Shown one piece after another: positions 6,947 to 16,797 of a stretch of DNA of 20,000 bases. The notes beneath the pieces are model-generated. The model was not told where the DNA came from and did no database searches. It worked only from the letters and a program-made list of their open reading frames with translations. Position numbers and translations under genes: made by a program. Source of the stretch: an uncultured virus (IMG/VR IMGVR_UViG_2531839459_000011). Lineage: Duplodnaviria; Heunggongvirae; Uroviricota; Caudoviricetes. The first letter of the stretch is position 1; every line of letters starts with the position of its first letter. Location of the stretch: the IMG/VR virus record IMGVR_UViG_2531839459_000011; one strand, written 5' to 3'.

Positions 6947-9900
6947 ATGGCCACAACATCACTTGGCAGATTAACACTTGATTTAATGGTGCAAACAGCC
7001 AGCTTTACTGAGCCTTTATCACAGGCTGAACGCAAAGCGAAGTCAGCAAGTAAAGGGATTGCAGATTCATTTGATGTTGCAGCTATTGCGATAAGTGCAT
7101 TGGGTGGTGCTATTGCTGGGTTATCAATTGCAGAGCTTGTGAACTATAGCGACAGAGTCATTCAGGCAGGTAATGACATACAAAAGTTTTCGAAACTTGC
7201 AAACAGTTCTGTGCGGGATTTTCAATATTATGCAAAGGGTGCCGAAACTGCTGGTATCTCAATGGAATCCTTCGCCGATAAAATGAAGGATATGCAGGAT
7301 CGTATAGGCGACTTTCAGCAAACGGGCGGTGGTCCTCTTGCGGATTTCTTTGAAAATATTGCACCAAAGGTTGGAGTAACAATTCAACAGTTTCAGAAAC
7401 TTTCTGGTCCTGATGCGCTTCAATTATTTTACAACTCATTGGAAAAAGCTGGTGCTTCAACGAACGACATGAAGTTCTATATGGAAGCAATCATTTCAGA
7501 TTCTTCATTGCTTATTCCATTGTTAGAAAATGGTGGAGAAGGTTTTAAAAAATGGGGCGATGCTGCTGAGCGTGCTGGCGCAATTATGTCTGACGACTTA
7601 GTTAAAAGCCTAGCTCAAGCAAGAGAAAACCTTCAATTGATGGATTTGCAATGGCAGGGCGTTGAGGCAAGACTTGTAAATAGTGTTGTTCCTGCTATCG
7701 AAACAGTGATAGAGAATTGGGACGACATTAAGGCGGTTACGATTGCAGTTGCTGCTGGTATTGCTAGTCGATTTGTCCCAGCTTTGGTTATGGCGACCTA
7801 TCAATTAGGACAAACAGCATTGTTTGCAGTGCGTGCCGGTGTGGGTTTAGCAAACTTCGCTAGAACAGCCGGCGCAACAACAAGTGTAATGGCATTATTG
7901 GGCGGTCCTGCTGGGATTGGCATGCTTCTTACGCAATTGGCTGTAGCTGGTGGCGCCTATTATTTGATGTCTAAACAGACGCAAGATGCAACTGATGCAC
8001 TTGAAGATCAAGGTCTTGTTGTTGATGAGCTAAGGGAAAAATATAAAAAATTAACAGCATCGCAACTAGCTCTTAAAAGTATCGAAGCTGGAGAGGAAGT
8101 TGATAAACAAACTAAACAATTAAAAAGTTTGTTTATCGCTTTGGAACAATTTGAGAACGACTTAAGAGTTCAAGGAGACACTAAACAATTAACTGGTATT
8201 CAAAACTATCTTAAGAGTTTGAAAGAAGGTGGAGATAAAGCGAAAACAGCTTTCTCTGATCTCCAAAAACAGGGATTGGTTAGCGAAACTACTCTTAAAT
8301 TTATTGCTGAATTAGATACAAAAATCAATGAGGCAAATAATTCTATAGATCGTCAAAAAGAGATCCAAAATTTAGTTAAAAACGCAACTAATGACACAAC
8401 TAAGGCGCAACAAGATCAAGCAAAGGCAGTTAATGACTCTGCAAAAGCATGGATGTCTTTAACACAGAAACAACGTGACTACATTACCCAAGCCAAACAA
8501 GATGTGCTTAGAGAAGGATATATCAAGACCCTTGTAAGAGAAGGTATAGGAGTTGATAAGGCGAATGCATATGCTGATGCACAGATCGCAGCAAATGGAG
8601 AAAATGCTTTTAAAGCACCATTGCCAAAGGATGTGCTACTTGCTGCCCGCGAAAACTTCAATCTAAAAAATTATACTTTTAGTAAAGACGAGTTGGCGGC
8701 AATTGCTCGTGCGCAAGGCATTGCAAAGACAAATAATTTTGCTCAAATCGAAAGTTTATATGGTTTGCCTGCTGGAACACTTGCCGCATTGATTCTTCAA
8801 GAATCTGGAGCTGATGCCGGAGCAAGAAGTCCTACCGGGGCAATTGGTCTTTTCCAAACAACGAGTGTGTTTAGAAAGCAATATGGACTTAATGCCAAAA
8901 GTTCTACTGAAGAAATTGCAACAGCAGCAGCTAAAGACTTATCTAAACATTTGGCTGATTTTGGAGCCATGGATAAAGCACTCATGGCCTACAATGCGGG
9001 TGCAGGTGGCTTAAGAACTTATTTGAGAGGTGGTCTATCAGATAGCAAGCGTAAAGAGGTTGCTGGTTACGCACCGGGTTTCCAGAAGTGGTTCGCCGGA
9101 GTATCTGGAAAATCTACTGTAGACAATTCAATTTTAATGCCTACACAGGCAGATCAACTTGAATTAATTAATAAGGCAGCTGAATCTCAAAAAGCCATTG
9201 ATGATGCTAAAAAAGATGTCGATGCTCGGTATTACACCGAAGCTCAACGACTAGCTAAGGAGCATCAAGATAATGTAGATAAGATCACATTTGCTTATGG
9301 TGGAACTCCGCAGCTAAAAGAAAAACTTGCTCAAGAGGATGCTTTATATGCCGCTCAAATTGCGAAATTAAAAGCTGAAAAAGAACAGGAGTATAACCAA
9401 TACTTCTCTTTTGAAACTGATCGTATAAAGCAAATTGAACGTGATTACGATATTCAAAAGCAACTTGTTAATGCAAATGTTGAGTATGACACAACAAAAA
9501 AAGCAGAAATTACTGCAGCTTTGGAGCGTCAAAAACAACAGGAAATAGCTTGGGAAAAGCTTGCTCAAGAACAACGCTTAAGTGATGCGAGTGCATTTTT
9601 AAGAACTGAACTGGAAAATATGCAAATACGCTTTTCATTCGAGCGTTCGCAGATTTTACTTAATTCACAAATCTCTAAGGACGAACAGCAAAAGCGAATT
9701 GCGTTACTACAAGCTCAAGAGCAATTAGGAAAGTTAGATAAAGCAACCCAAGCGAGCATGGCGTGGGATAGCACTAACGCAAGCCTAAATGGCTCAAGTG
9801 ATCTTTATCAACTGGATCAAGAAAGACTTGGGCAAACTTCACAATCTATGGCCCTTGCAGAAGCACAAGCAGCTCTTTCGGAGTCAGCCGCAGAACAAGA

Positions 9901-10540
9901 GGCAATTTGGCAAGCACATAAAGATCGTATGTTTATGATCGATCAAAATTATGAGCTTAAAAAGTCGGCACTTGGAGCAAGGGTTGCTTCTGAAACTTTG
10001 GGGGGGATGGCTGATTTAATGGGTGGTTTAATGGGTGAACAATCGGCAGCCTATAAAACCATGTTTGCCATGTCTAAAGCATTTGCAGTTGCTCAAGCAA
10101 TTATGAATGCACCACAGACTTACTCAAACGTTTATACATCTGCTTCATTAATACCAATGATCGGGCCATACATTGCACCTGTTTTGGCTGGTGCTGCTGT
10201 AGCAGTACAAGTTGCACAAGCAGCTCAGATCAAATCTGTAAACCTTACAGGTATGGCGCACAATGGTATTGATAGTGTGCCCAAAGAGGGGACTTGGTTG
10301 CTTGATGGTGGTGAGCGTGTATTGAATCCCAACCAAAACAAGGACCTTACTAACTATTTGAACAATCAAAAAGATAGCGGACCTCAAGTTGTGGTTTACA
10401 ACAACAGTAAAGCAAATGTTGAAACGAATGTTGGTGATGACGGGAAGGTGTATGTGACTATTGATGATGTATACAACCCAAACAGTAAGTACAGCCAAGC
10501 AATGCAGGAAAGTTTCAATATCTCAAGAAACAGGGGGTAA
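6947..10540 (+). CDS. Tail tape measure protein with internal SLT-type lytic transglycosylase domain
   Basis: 1197 aa, Ala/Gln-rich and helical, with a hydrophobic segment. SLT motifs QES (E619), GLFQ and AYNAG lie at about 8732-9094; C-terminus has 'GMAH.GID.VP.EGTWLL..GERV'. Confidence 0.95.
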   Translation: MATTSLGRLTLDLMVQTASFTEPLSQAERKAKSASKGIADSFDVAAIAISALGGAIAGLSIAELVNYSDRVIQAGNDIQKFSKLANSSVRDFQYYAKGAETAGISMESFADKMKDMQDRIGDFQQTGGGPLADFFENIAPKVGVTIQQFQKLSGPDALQLFYNSLEKAGASTNDMKFYMEAIISDSSLLIPLLENGGEGFKKWGDAAERAGAIMSDDLVKSLAQARENLQLMDLQWQGVEARLVNSVVPAIETVIENWDDIKAVTIAVAAGIASRFVPALVMATYQLGQTALFAVRAGVGLANFARTAGATTSVMALLGGPAGIGMLLTQLAVAGGAYYLMSKQTQDATDALEDQGLVVDELREKYKKLTASQLALKSIEAGEEVDKQTKQLKSLFIALEQFENDLRVQGDTKQLTGIQNYLKSLKEGGDKAKTAFSDLQKQGLVSETTLKFIAELDTKINEANNSIDRQKEIQNLVKNATNDTTKAQQDQAKAVNDSAKAWMSLTQKQRDYITQAKQDVLREGYIKTLVREGIGVDKANAYADAQIAANGENAFKAPLPKDVLLAARENFNLKNYTFSKDELAAIARAQGIAKTNNFAQIESLYGLPAGTLAALILQESGADAGARSPTGAIGLFQTTSVFRKQYGLNAKSSTEEIATAAAKDLSKHLADFGAMDKALMAYNAGAGGLRTYLRGGLSDSKRKEVAGYAPGFQKWFAGVSGKSTVDNSILMPTQADQLELINKAAESQKAIDDAKKDVDARYYTEAQRLAKEHQDNVDKITFAYGGTPQLKEKLAQEDALYAAQIAKLKAEKEQEYNQYFSFETDRIKQIERDYDIQKQLVNANVEYDTTKKAEITAALERQKQQEIAWEKLAQEQRLSDASAFLRTELENMQIRFSFERSQILLNSQISKDEQQKRIALLQAQEQLGKLDKATQASMAWDSTNASLNGSSDLYQLDQERLGQTSQSMALAEAQAALSESAAEQEAIWQAHKDRMFMIDQNYELKKSALGARVASETLGGMADLMGGLMGEQSAAYKTMFAMSKAFAVAQAIMNAPQTYSNVYTSASLIPMIGPYIAPVLAGAAVAVQVAQAAQIKSVNLTGMAHNGIDSVPKEGTWLLDGGERVLNPNQNKDLTNYLNNQKDSGPQVVVYNNSKANVETNVGDDGKVYVTIDDVYNPNSKYSQAMQESFNISRNRG

Positions 10541-10543
10541 AAA

Positions 10544-11017
10544 TTGGATAAGTTCATGCTCTGCCCGTTGTTAAAGGGGTATGACTTTACACCGGGCAGC
10601 AATTTGCGAGAGCAAGAAACAGAAGGGGGACCTCCAAGACAGGTCCCTTTTTTTGTAGGAGCTTGGCACACGGTAAACGTTTCTATCTCTCTAAATAATG
10701 AGGAAGAAAAGGAGTACTTCTGGGCTTTTTGGCGTGACAAGCAGTACAAACCTAGTAACTGGCTTTGGAGGCTAGCATTAGACAATGCAAGGCTAGAGGA
10801 ATGCGAGTGCAGATTTGTTGCAGATTCGCGTCCAAAAGAAGTAGAGCGAGATGGAAAAATCCTTCAACTCAGTTTTCAGCTAAGAATCAAGCCTATTCAC
10901 CGTGATCATGGAAATGACAGGGACATTATTGAGGCTTGGCAAAATGGAGGCCCGGCAGTTATAGGCACAATTGAAAAAGTACCAAATGAATGGTTCCCGA
11001 ACGCTACAGGAGTTTAG
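10544..11017 (+). CDS. Minor tail protein (distal-tail / gpM-position protein)
   Basis: Follows the TMP gene; 'EQETEGGPPR' motif; TTG start after AGGGGG (ATG 10556 is an alternative). Confidence 0.7.
   Translation: MDKFMLCPLLKGYDFTPGSNLREQETEGGPPRQVPFFVGAWHTVNVSISLNNEEEKEYFWAFWRDKQYKPSNWLWRLALDNARLEECECRFVADSRPKEVERDGKILQLSFQLRIKPIHRDHGNDRDIIEAWQNGGPAVIGTIEKVPNEWFPNATGV
10627..10654 (+). terminator. Intragenic terminator-like hairpin
   Basis: GGGACCT-CCAAGAC-AGGTCCC followed by T7 (10648-10654). Confidence 0.6.
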
Positions 11018-11019
11018 TG

Positions 11020-11529
11020 ATGATTATTACTGATGAAATGCTAGCAGTTTTAGACCAGTCATCCGGGCCAGTCGGCTTGCTTGAATGTATCGAAGTATCA
11101 CACCCTAATTGGCCTCGTGTACTTAGATATATTGTGAATAGTAGTGATCCGATGGATCTAACACATGAGGATGGGCAGACTTTTACCTATTCTTTTGCTC
11201 CTCTCAATATTACACGGAGTAATGAAGAGGAGAACTTGGATCAAAAAATTACGGCAGCTATCGGTGATGTAGGATCTGAAATCCCAGACTTGGTTGATCT
11301 TGTTTTAAAAGACTCGGTTCGAATACCCCCTATATTGAATTATAGAGCATATGTTATCGGCAAATATGACCTGCCGTGTACATATGCTAAAGGGCTTGAA
11401 GTTATTGTAATTACAAGGGATTGGAAAGGTACTAGCTTTGAGGCGCAAGCTCCGGGCTTGAATGATTCAGGTAACGGTGAAATTTATTCTGCAAGTACAG
11501 ATCCAAGTCTTGAAGGATTTTACTCATGA
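11020..11529 (+). CDS. Minor tail tip protein (DUF1833-like, gpL position)
   Basis: 'LECIEVSHPNW', 'LNYRAY', 'APGLN...GEIY.....P.L' patterns; AGGAG RBS 7 nt before ATG 11020. Confidence 0.75.
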   Translation: MIITDEMLAVLDQSSGPVGLLECIEVSHPNWPRVLRYIVNSSDPMDLTHEDGQTFTYSFAPLNITRSNEEENLDQKITAAIGDVGSEIPDLVDLVLKDSVRIPPILNYRAYVIGKYDLPCTYAKGLEVIVITRDWKGTSFEAQAPGLNDSGNGEIYSASTDPSLEGFYS

Positions 11530-11921
11530 ATATTCGTCAGCTTTTTTATTGTGTCTATGATCCAGAAAATTTCCATTGCGTGCATTTCGTCATCTTGGCC
11601 GCAAAGGTCATTTTTGAGAAAGATTACACGCCGTGTTTCTTGGGCTTAACCGGACCATTACAGGAATCAATAAAAACATCACGTAATACGGTTCACAGAA
11701 ACAAGCACATCAAAAAGCCGGAAGACGGCTGCATTGTCTTAATGACTTACCTAGATCAAAGCTCCCACGTGGGGCTTTTTTTTCAGGGTCGAATTTTTCA
11801 TTTGATCGAACGCGGGCCGCAGAGAATCACTGTAGAGCAGGCGAATAGTATTTTTAGTCGGATTCGATATTATGAGCCAAATTTATCTTTACCAGAACTC
11901 TCTCAACAAGAACGAAGTTGA
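11526..11921 (+). CDS. NlpC/P60-like tail assembly protein (gpK-like)
   Basis: Cys in 'FHCVHFV', His in 'HVGLF' and 'IFH'; position before the tail tip gene. Confidence 0.75.
   Translation: MNIRQLFYCVYDPENFHCVHFVILAAKVIFEKDYTPCFLGLTGPLQESIKTSRNTVHRNKHIKKPEDGCIVLMTYLDQSSHVGLFFQGRIFHLIERGPQRITVEQANSIFSRIRYYEPNLSLPELSQQERS
11760..11783 (+). terminator. Intragenic terminator-like hairpin (bulged stem)
   Basis: AGC(T)CCC-ACGT-GGGGCT with T8 (11776-11783). Confidence 0.45.
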
Positions 11922-14706
11922 TGTAATCGATACAGATAATATTCTGTTTGAATTTCTTAAAGTAAAAAAACAATTTCCTCAAGCAAAAATTTATCTCGGT
12001 AATCCTTGCCCGGAAAATGACATAACACCATCAATAAAAGATAAGGCATCAATTGCGCGCTTAACCGAAATTGCAGATGACTGCAGTATTGTTTGTCATC
12101 CGGGTGAATTAAGCTCATTTGTGACATGGGTTGCAACAAAGATTCTGGGTTCTGCTGTTTCTGCTTTGGTTAAAGTTCCCAAGCCAAACATGAGCAATAA
12201 CGGCTCAATGTCTGGATCAAGTAACAATAACTTATCAGATCCAGAGAACCGCCAGCGTTTAAAACAACGTATACCTTTCATTTTGGGGCGTGTTAAAGCT
12301 ATTCCAGATCTTTTTGCTCCAGTCATCAAATACTTTAAAGATGGGGTCGAAGTTGAAGAATCTTTGATGTGTATTTGTGAAAACCCCGTTCAAGTTTCTA
12401 ACTTCAAGTCGGGCGACACACCGATACAAGAGATACCCGGTACAAGCCTTTCAGCTTATGGACACAATCAATCTTTAATTGGGAATGAAACTATATTTAA
12501 GTGGGGTGATACATTTGACCAGCCGCCAGTTATTGCCCGTCAAAATGCTTCTATTAACGGACAAACTCTTTTGCCGCCAAATAGCACACGTATTGAAGCG
12601 AGTGACATTTATTTCCAGTATCCAAATTTAATTAAGGCAAATAATCAAGGTACAGCAGATAAATTTAATGCGTTTGATATTAATGACTCTTTAATTATTA
12701 GTGGGGCGAATTTTGGTATTAATGACTTGGCTATTACTGGGCAAGTTGATGTAGACAATACCAATAATACATTTTCGATTGCTTCAAACCAAACCGTTGT
12801 AGACTTTCAAGATTACCGCAAAATCAATGTAACTTCCTTGCTTGTAACTGATCCTGTGAATGGGCAACTAGATCTTGCAGGTTTGTATGATATTGACACA
12901 ATTACCTATGTGTCTGGTGTTTATACGATTCATTTAAAGAATCCAGTTTCAACAAACTCAAACTTTGCAAATCTTACCGAAGTTTTAACGGCCAATTTAT
13001 CTGCAAACCTTACGGCTAATTCAGCAAACATTTTCTTGGATGGTAATTATGTTGTAACCGGTGTAGATATAACGAACAAACAAATTTCCTTAGCCACTCC
13101 GAGTGCTGTGAATGATGACTGGAATAAACTTGCGGATTTAACAGATCAAAAAACAGGTGTTGGAACTATTAAGTTAAGAGGTAGCCAAGAAAATTATATT
13201 GGATGGTTTACGATTGAGTCAGCAAAAGCTACTGGGTTGCTACTCAACTTTCAGGCGCTTAATGGTATTTATCAGGGATCCGATGCTAAGTTTGTAGATA
13301 TTTATGTTGAATATCAGCAAGTATTAAACGGAAACCCAACAGGCAATGTTTATAACCAAACAATACGCCTGAATGGTAAAGCGAATAACCGCGATAGTGT
13401 CGGCGGCTCAATGTGGATTACATTGCCATTTACTGGTGCAGTGCGCTTTCGAGCGCGCCGTACAAATGACAATGGTGACGCTGTAGATCTATCAGACGAA
13501 ACTAAGTTTTATACCGCATACGCATATCATTACTTATCCAAGCTTGTATATGACAACCGAGTTTTAATTCGTCAACGTACACAAGCAACACGTGCAGCAA
13601 CGGCCATTGATAGCCGAATGACAAACTGTATAGCAGAAAGTCTGGTTTACTCATACCGTGATGGTGTTAAGTCGGATACCCGCATACCTTCAAGATTTAT
13701 TCCTGATCTAGTAATTGAATTAGCTTTGCATAAGTTGATTGGACGAAGAACATTGAATGAAGTAAATGTCGAAAAACTGTATTCAGTTTTTGATGAGGTT
13801 GTCGATTATTTCGGCTCAGAAAAGATGGCTGAGTTTAATTACACAATTGATGATGCTAATCAATCATTTGAAGAGATTCTAAGAATGTTGGCGGGCGTCT
13901 CTTGCTGTAATGATCGCCGTCTAAATCGTCAGATTTACTTTGAGCTTGAGCGGGCGGGTCGAGAGCCTTATTTATTATTCAATCATCGAAATAAAAAGGC
14001 CCGTACAGAAGTTAGGACAATCCGAACAAAACCAGAAAACAATTATGACGGTGTTGAGATGACATACGTTGATAGTGAAGCTGGATGGATTGAAAAAACC
14101 TTGAAAATTCCTAATGACCAAATCACTAACCCGAAAAAAATTGAAGGCTATGGAATTGTTTATAAGCAGCAAGCACATATTGTTGCGTGGCGTGCTTGGA
14201 ACAAAATTCAATTTCAAGCAATTAATTGTCGTTTTTCTTGTTTTGCAGAAGGTGAGTTGGTTGGTAGTGGTGATCCAGTTGCAGTGGTTGACGATACTCG
14301 TCTCGCACCAACATTCTTTGGTGATCCTTCACAAGCGATTTTATCGGGCGAGGTTTTAGCTTGGAATGGCTTAAACATCACAGGTTCGCAGCCTTGCAAG
14401 CTATCTACCGAGCATTCATTCGTAATCCATTTGCAGCTTAAAAGCGGATATATAGACATCATCCCTGTGACACAGGGTCAAAATGATTATGAGTTTGTGC
14501 TTGCACGGCCACCAGTTGAGGCACTTGTAACAGAAGGTGAAGTTAAGACAGTTTATTCACTTTCAACTGATGATCGGAAAAAGGACGATCTATTTCTCAT
14601 TACTACTAAACAAAGGTCAGGTGTCTTTGAAAATGAATTAACACTCGTAAACCTTGATGACCGTTACTATCAAAACGATAGCGACATAAAAAACAATCTT
14701 GTTTAA
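11872..14706 (+). CDS. Tail tip / host-specificity protein (gpJ-like hub, with gpI-like N-terminus)
   Basis: 944 aa; 'ENRQRLKQRIPFILGRV' gpI-like motif, 'RFRARRT', 'YDGVEMTYVD', 'GDPVAVVDD'; synteny. Confidence 0.82.
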   Translation: MSQIYLYQNSLNKNEVDVIDTDNILFEFLKVKKQFPQAKIYLGNPCPENDITPSIKDKASIARLTEIADDCSIVCHPGELSSFVTWVATKILGSAVSALVKVPKPNMSNNGSMSGSSNNNLSDPENRQRLKQRIPFILGRVKAIPDLFAPVIKYFKDGVEVEESLMCICENPVQVSNFKSGDTPIQEIPGTSLSAYGHNQSLIGNETIFKWGDTFDQPPVIARQNASINGQTLLPPNSTRIEASDIYFQYPNLIKANNQGTADKFNAFDINDSLIISGANFGINDLAITGQVDVDNTNNTFSIASNQTVVDFQDYRKINVTSLLVTDPVNGQLDLAGLYDIDTITYVSGVYTIHLKNPVSTNSNFANLTEVLTANLSANLTANSANIFLDGNYVVTGVDITNKQISLATPSAVNDDWNKLADLTDQKTGVGTIKLRGSQENYIGWFTIESAKATGLLLNFQALNGIYQGSDAKFVDIYVEYQQVLNGNPTGNVYNQTIRLNGKANNRDSVGGSMWITLPFTGAVRFRARRTNDNGDAVDLSDETKFYTAYAYHYLSKLVYDNRVLIRQRTQATRAATAIDSRMTNCIAESLVYSYRDGVKSDTRIPSRFIPDLVIELALHKLIGRRTLNEVNVEKLYSVFDEVVDYFGSEKMAEFNYTIDDANQSFEEILRMLAGVSCCNDRRLNRQIYFELERAGREPYLLFNHRNKKARTEVRTIRTKPENNYDGVEMTYVDSEAGWIEKTLKIPNDQITNPKKIEGYGIVYKQQAHIVAWRAWNKIQFQAINCRFSCFAEGELVGSGDPVAVVDDTRLAPTFFGDPSQAILSGEVLAWNGLNITGSQPCKLSTEHSFVIHLQLKSGYIDIIPVTQGQNDYEFVLARPPVEALVTEGEVKTVYSLSTDDRKKDDLFLITTKQRSGVFENELTLVNLDDRYYQNDSDIKNNLV

Positions 14707-14721
14707 ATACCAGTCCTTTAA

Positions 14722-14748
14722 GTCCCCGCATTAGCGGGGATTTTTTTT
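14722..14748 (+). terminator. Intergenic intrinsic terminator before the tailspike gene
   Basis: TCCCCGC-ATTA-GCGGGGA with T8 (14741-14748). Confidence 0.88.
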
Positions 14749-14759
14749 GGAGAATTTTT

Positions 14760-16796
14760 ATGCCTTTAACACCAGAAACTTTCCAAAATTTGGAAAGGGA
14801 TATTGAAGATACAGGCAAGGCTGTAAATACAGACGCACTAATTGAGCCAAGATATGGTATCCCGTTTAAATCATTACCGATGCTTTCCAGACTTTTTGAA
14901 GAGATGTTGGGAGTGGGATATGTTTCAGTAGATGATTTGAAACAGGCAATTGAAGTTGCGGCAGCAGCTGGAGCGGGCGAAAACGGGTGGATAGATACAC
15001 TGGTGCTGACTTTAACTGGTGAAAATCTCAGGGAATTTAATAAAAAAACTATCAGTACATTAGATTGTATTGATGATTTAGCTACTACATTGCCATGGCC
15101 GGGCCGCACCGTAAATGTACGATCTGTGATAAAAGATAAACATTTAGGGGGGGGGACTTTTGTATTTAGTGCTGATAGTTCAAAAGTTCCAGACGGTTAT
15201 ATTGTTGTTGCTGCAAATGGCGGGAATTGGGTGAAAATCACAGTTGCTTTTCCAACAATTGATGATTTTGGCGGTCTGGGTGACGACCCAAATTATGACG
15301 ATGCGGACGCATTTATTCGATGTGCGTTGAGTCCATACACAGGTTCGAATATTTATCTTGCTAACAGACAAGTTGAATATCGCATCAATAAACAAGTTGA
15401 TTGCAAGGGTAAAGGGATTGTTGGAGGTGGATTTAGTAGACAAAATGCCACTGCGTATGCAATGAACTCTCTAAAGGTAAGACCAGGTGATTATTCAAAT
15501 TCAAATACCCTTCTTAATAATGTGGCATTTATTAACGTGGGCGCCGAAGTAAGAGATTTGCAATTAGTAAGTGAGGGTGTTTCAGAAAATATTTCGGGTT
15601 TAAAAGTTGATGGTTATAACTTCACACTTTCAAATGTAAATATTTCAGGCTTTTACAATCAAGTATATTTATCGAATGCAACGGTTTCGTTCCGTGTCCA
15701 AAATTTGATGTCAATTAGTGCATCAAATGCAGGGTTTTATATTGCTGATGTTGATTCTAAACAAAGTACTACTGCATATTTTGACAACTGCTCATGGCAA
15801 TGGGGTAAATACCCTGTGCTGTTTGCTAAAGAAGCTTATCAGTGCGTCTTTAATAATATTATTCTTGAATATATGCAGTACGGTTTAACAGCGGGTATCT
15901 GGTCGAATTGCTCATTCAATGCAATTTGGGCAGAGCAAACAAGAGATGGTGTAGCTCGTGACTGGCTTGTAAACACGACCTATCAACAAACATTTAATTG
16001 CACAGTTAATAATCTCTACATTAGAACGCCTTGGCTAAATCGAGCTGACACAACCGCTTTGGCTGTATCAGATAATATTGGGGGGGTTGTAATTGATAAA
16101 AGTCGAATTACTTTAAGCGGTGCGACGGGTGCGAAAATACAACTTTCTCCATCTGGTTTAGCAACACTTTTTGCTAATTGGTATGGTGGTACTAATCGAA
16201 GATTATTAATTACTACTCAACCGACTGCGGCAGATTCTGGGTATAAAACACCAATCCACATCAATGCACCGAATAGCGAATTGTATTTTGGAAATCAGGA
16301 TGAAACATCAGTTGCAAGTGTAGTATTTAAGCGAGTAATTGGCGCTACTGCTACAAATACACCTTATATTGCGTCAGACTCGTGGACTAAAAAAATTCGA
16401 AAGTGGAATACTTACAATCACGAAGTATCAAAAGTCGGGCGTTTTATTGCACCGATGATGCTGACTTATGATGTCAACTTTACTACCCAACAAAATAACG
16501 CAGGCTGGTCTATCTCAAAAGAGTCTACGGGAGTCTATAGATTGCAACGAGATGCGGGCGTAACAACTGAATTAGCAAATCCGCACATTTTTGTTTCTGG
16601 CATTTTTTCTGGAACGGGATTAGGTGGTGGAAAGGCTATATTGCCACCGACGCTACAAGCAATTGAAGCATACAGTGGGAGTTGGTCGTCTTTCAAAGTT
16701 GCAGCTGGAGTCAAGTTGTTTTTTACAGATTTGACAGGTGCGTTAGTTGATCCAATGCGCTTCTCAGTATCATTCACACTAGAATCAGGAATTTAA
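14760..16796 (+). CDS. Tailspike / receptor-binding protein, putative capsule depolymerase (beta-helix)
   Basis: 678 aa. N-terminal anchor and 'GGGTF...DG...GGNW' linker domain, then the Pectate_lyase_3-like entry motif 'IDDFGGLGDD...DDADAF', then Asn/aliphatic beta-helix-like repeats (FDNC, FNNI, WSNCSFN, VNNL). Confidence 0.8.
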   Translation: MPLTPETFQNLERDIEDTGKAVNTDALIEPRYGIPFKSLPMLSRLFEEMLGVGYVSVDDLKQAIEVAAAAGAGENGWIDTLVLTLTGENLREFNKKTISTLDCIDDLATTLPWPGRTVNVRSVIKDKHLGGGTFVFSADSSKVPDGYIVVAANGGNWVKITVAFPTIDDFGGLGDDPNYDDADAFIRCALSPYTGSNIYLANRQVEYRINKQVDCKGKGIVGGGFSRQNATAYAMNSLKVRPGDYSNSNTLLNNVAFINVGAEVRDLQLVSEGVSENISGLKVDGYNFTLSNVNISGFYNQVYLSNATVSFRVQNLMSISASNAGFYIADVDSKQSTTAYFDNCSWQWGKYPVLFAKEAYQCVFNNIILEYMQYGLTAGIWSNCSFNAIWAEQTRDGVARDWLVNTTYQQTFNCTVNNLYIRTPWLNRADTTALAVSDNIGGVVIDKSRITLSGATGAKIQLSPSGLATLFANWYGGTNRRLLITTQPTAADSGYKTPIHINAPNSELYFGNQDETSVASVVFKRVIGATATNTPYIASDSWTKKIRKWNTYNHEVSKVGRFIAPMMLTYDVNFTTQQNNAGWSISKESTGVYRLQRDAGVTTELANPHIFVSGIFSGTGLGGGKAILPPTLQAIEAYSGSWSSFKVAAGVKLFFTDLTGALVDPMRFSVSFTLESGI

Positions 16797-16797
16797 T

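Noticed and set aside
10000..10006. G7 tract in the TMP gene as a contingency locus
   Set aside because: Short tract in an essential gene; slippage would simply inactivate the phage.
10148..10785. Minus-strand ORFs of 116 and 129 aa
   Set aside because: Antisense to the TMP and distal tail genes, with no protein-like features.
11523..11551. Possible additional terminator at the start of the NlpC/P60 gene (T6 tract)
   Set aside because: The upstream stem is weak and mismatched; only the T6-ATTG motif is retained as an observation.
14606..15109. 167-aa minus-strand ORF across the J / tailspike junction
   Set aside because: Antisense shadow of well-supported genes, crosses a terminator, and has no recognisable motifs.
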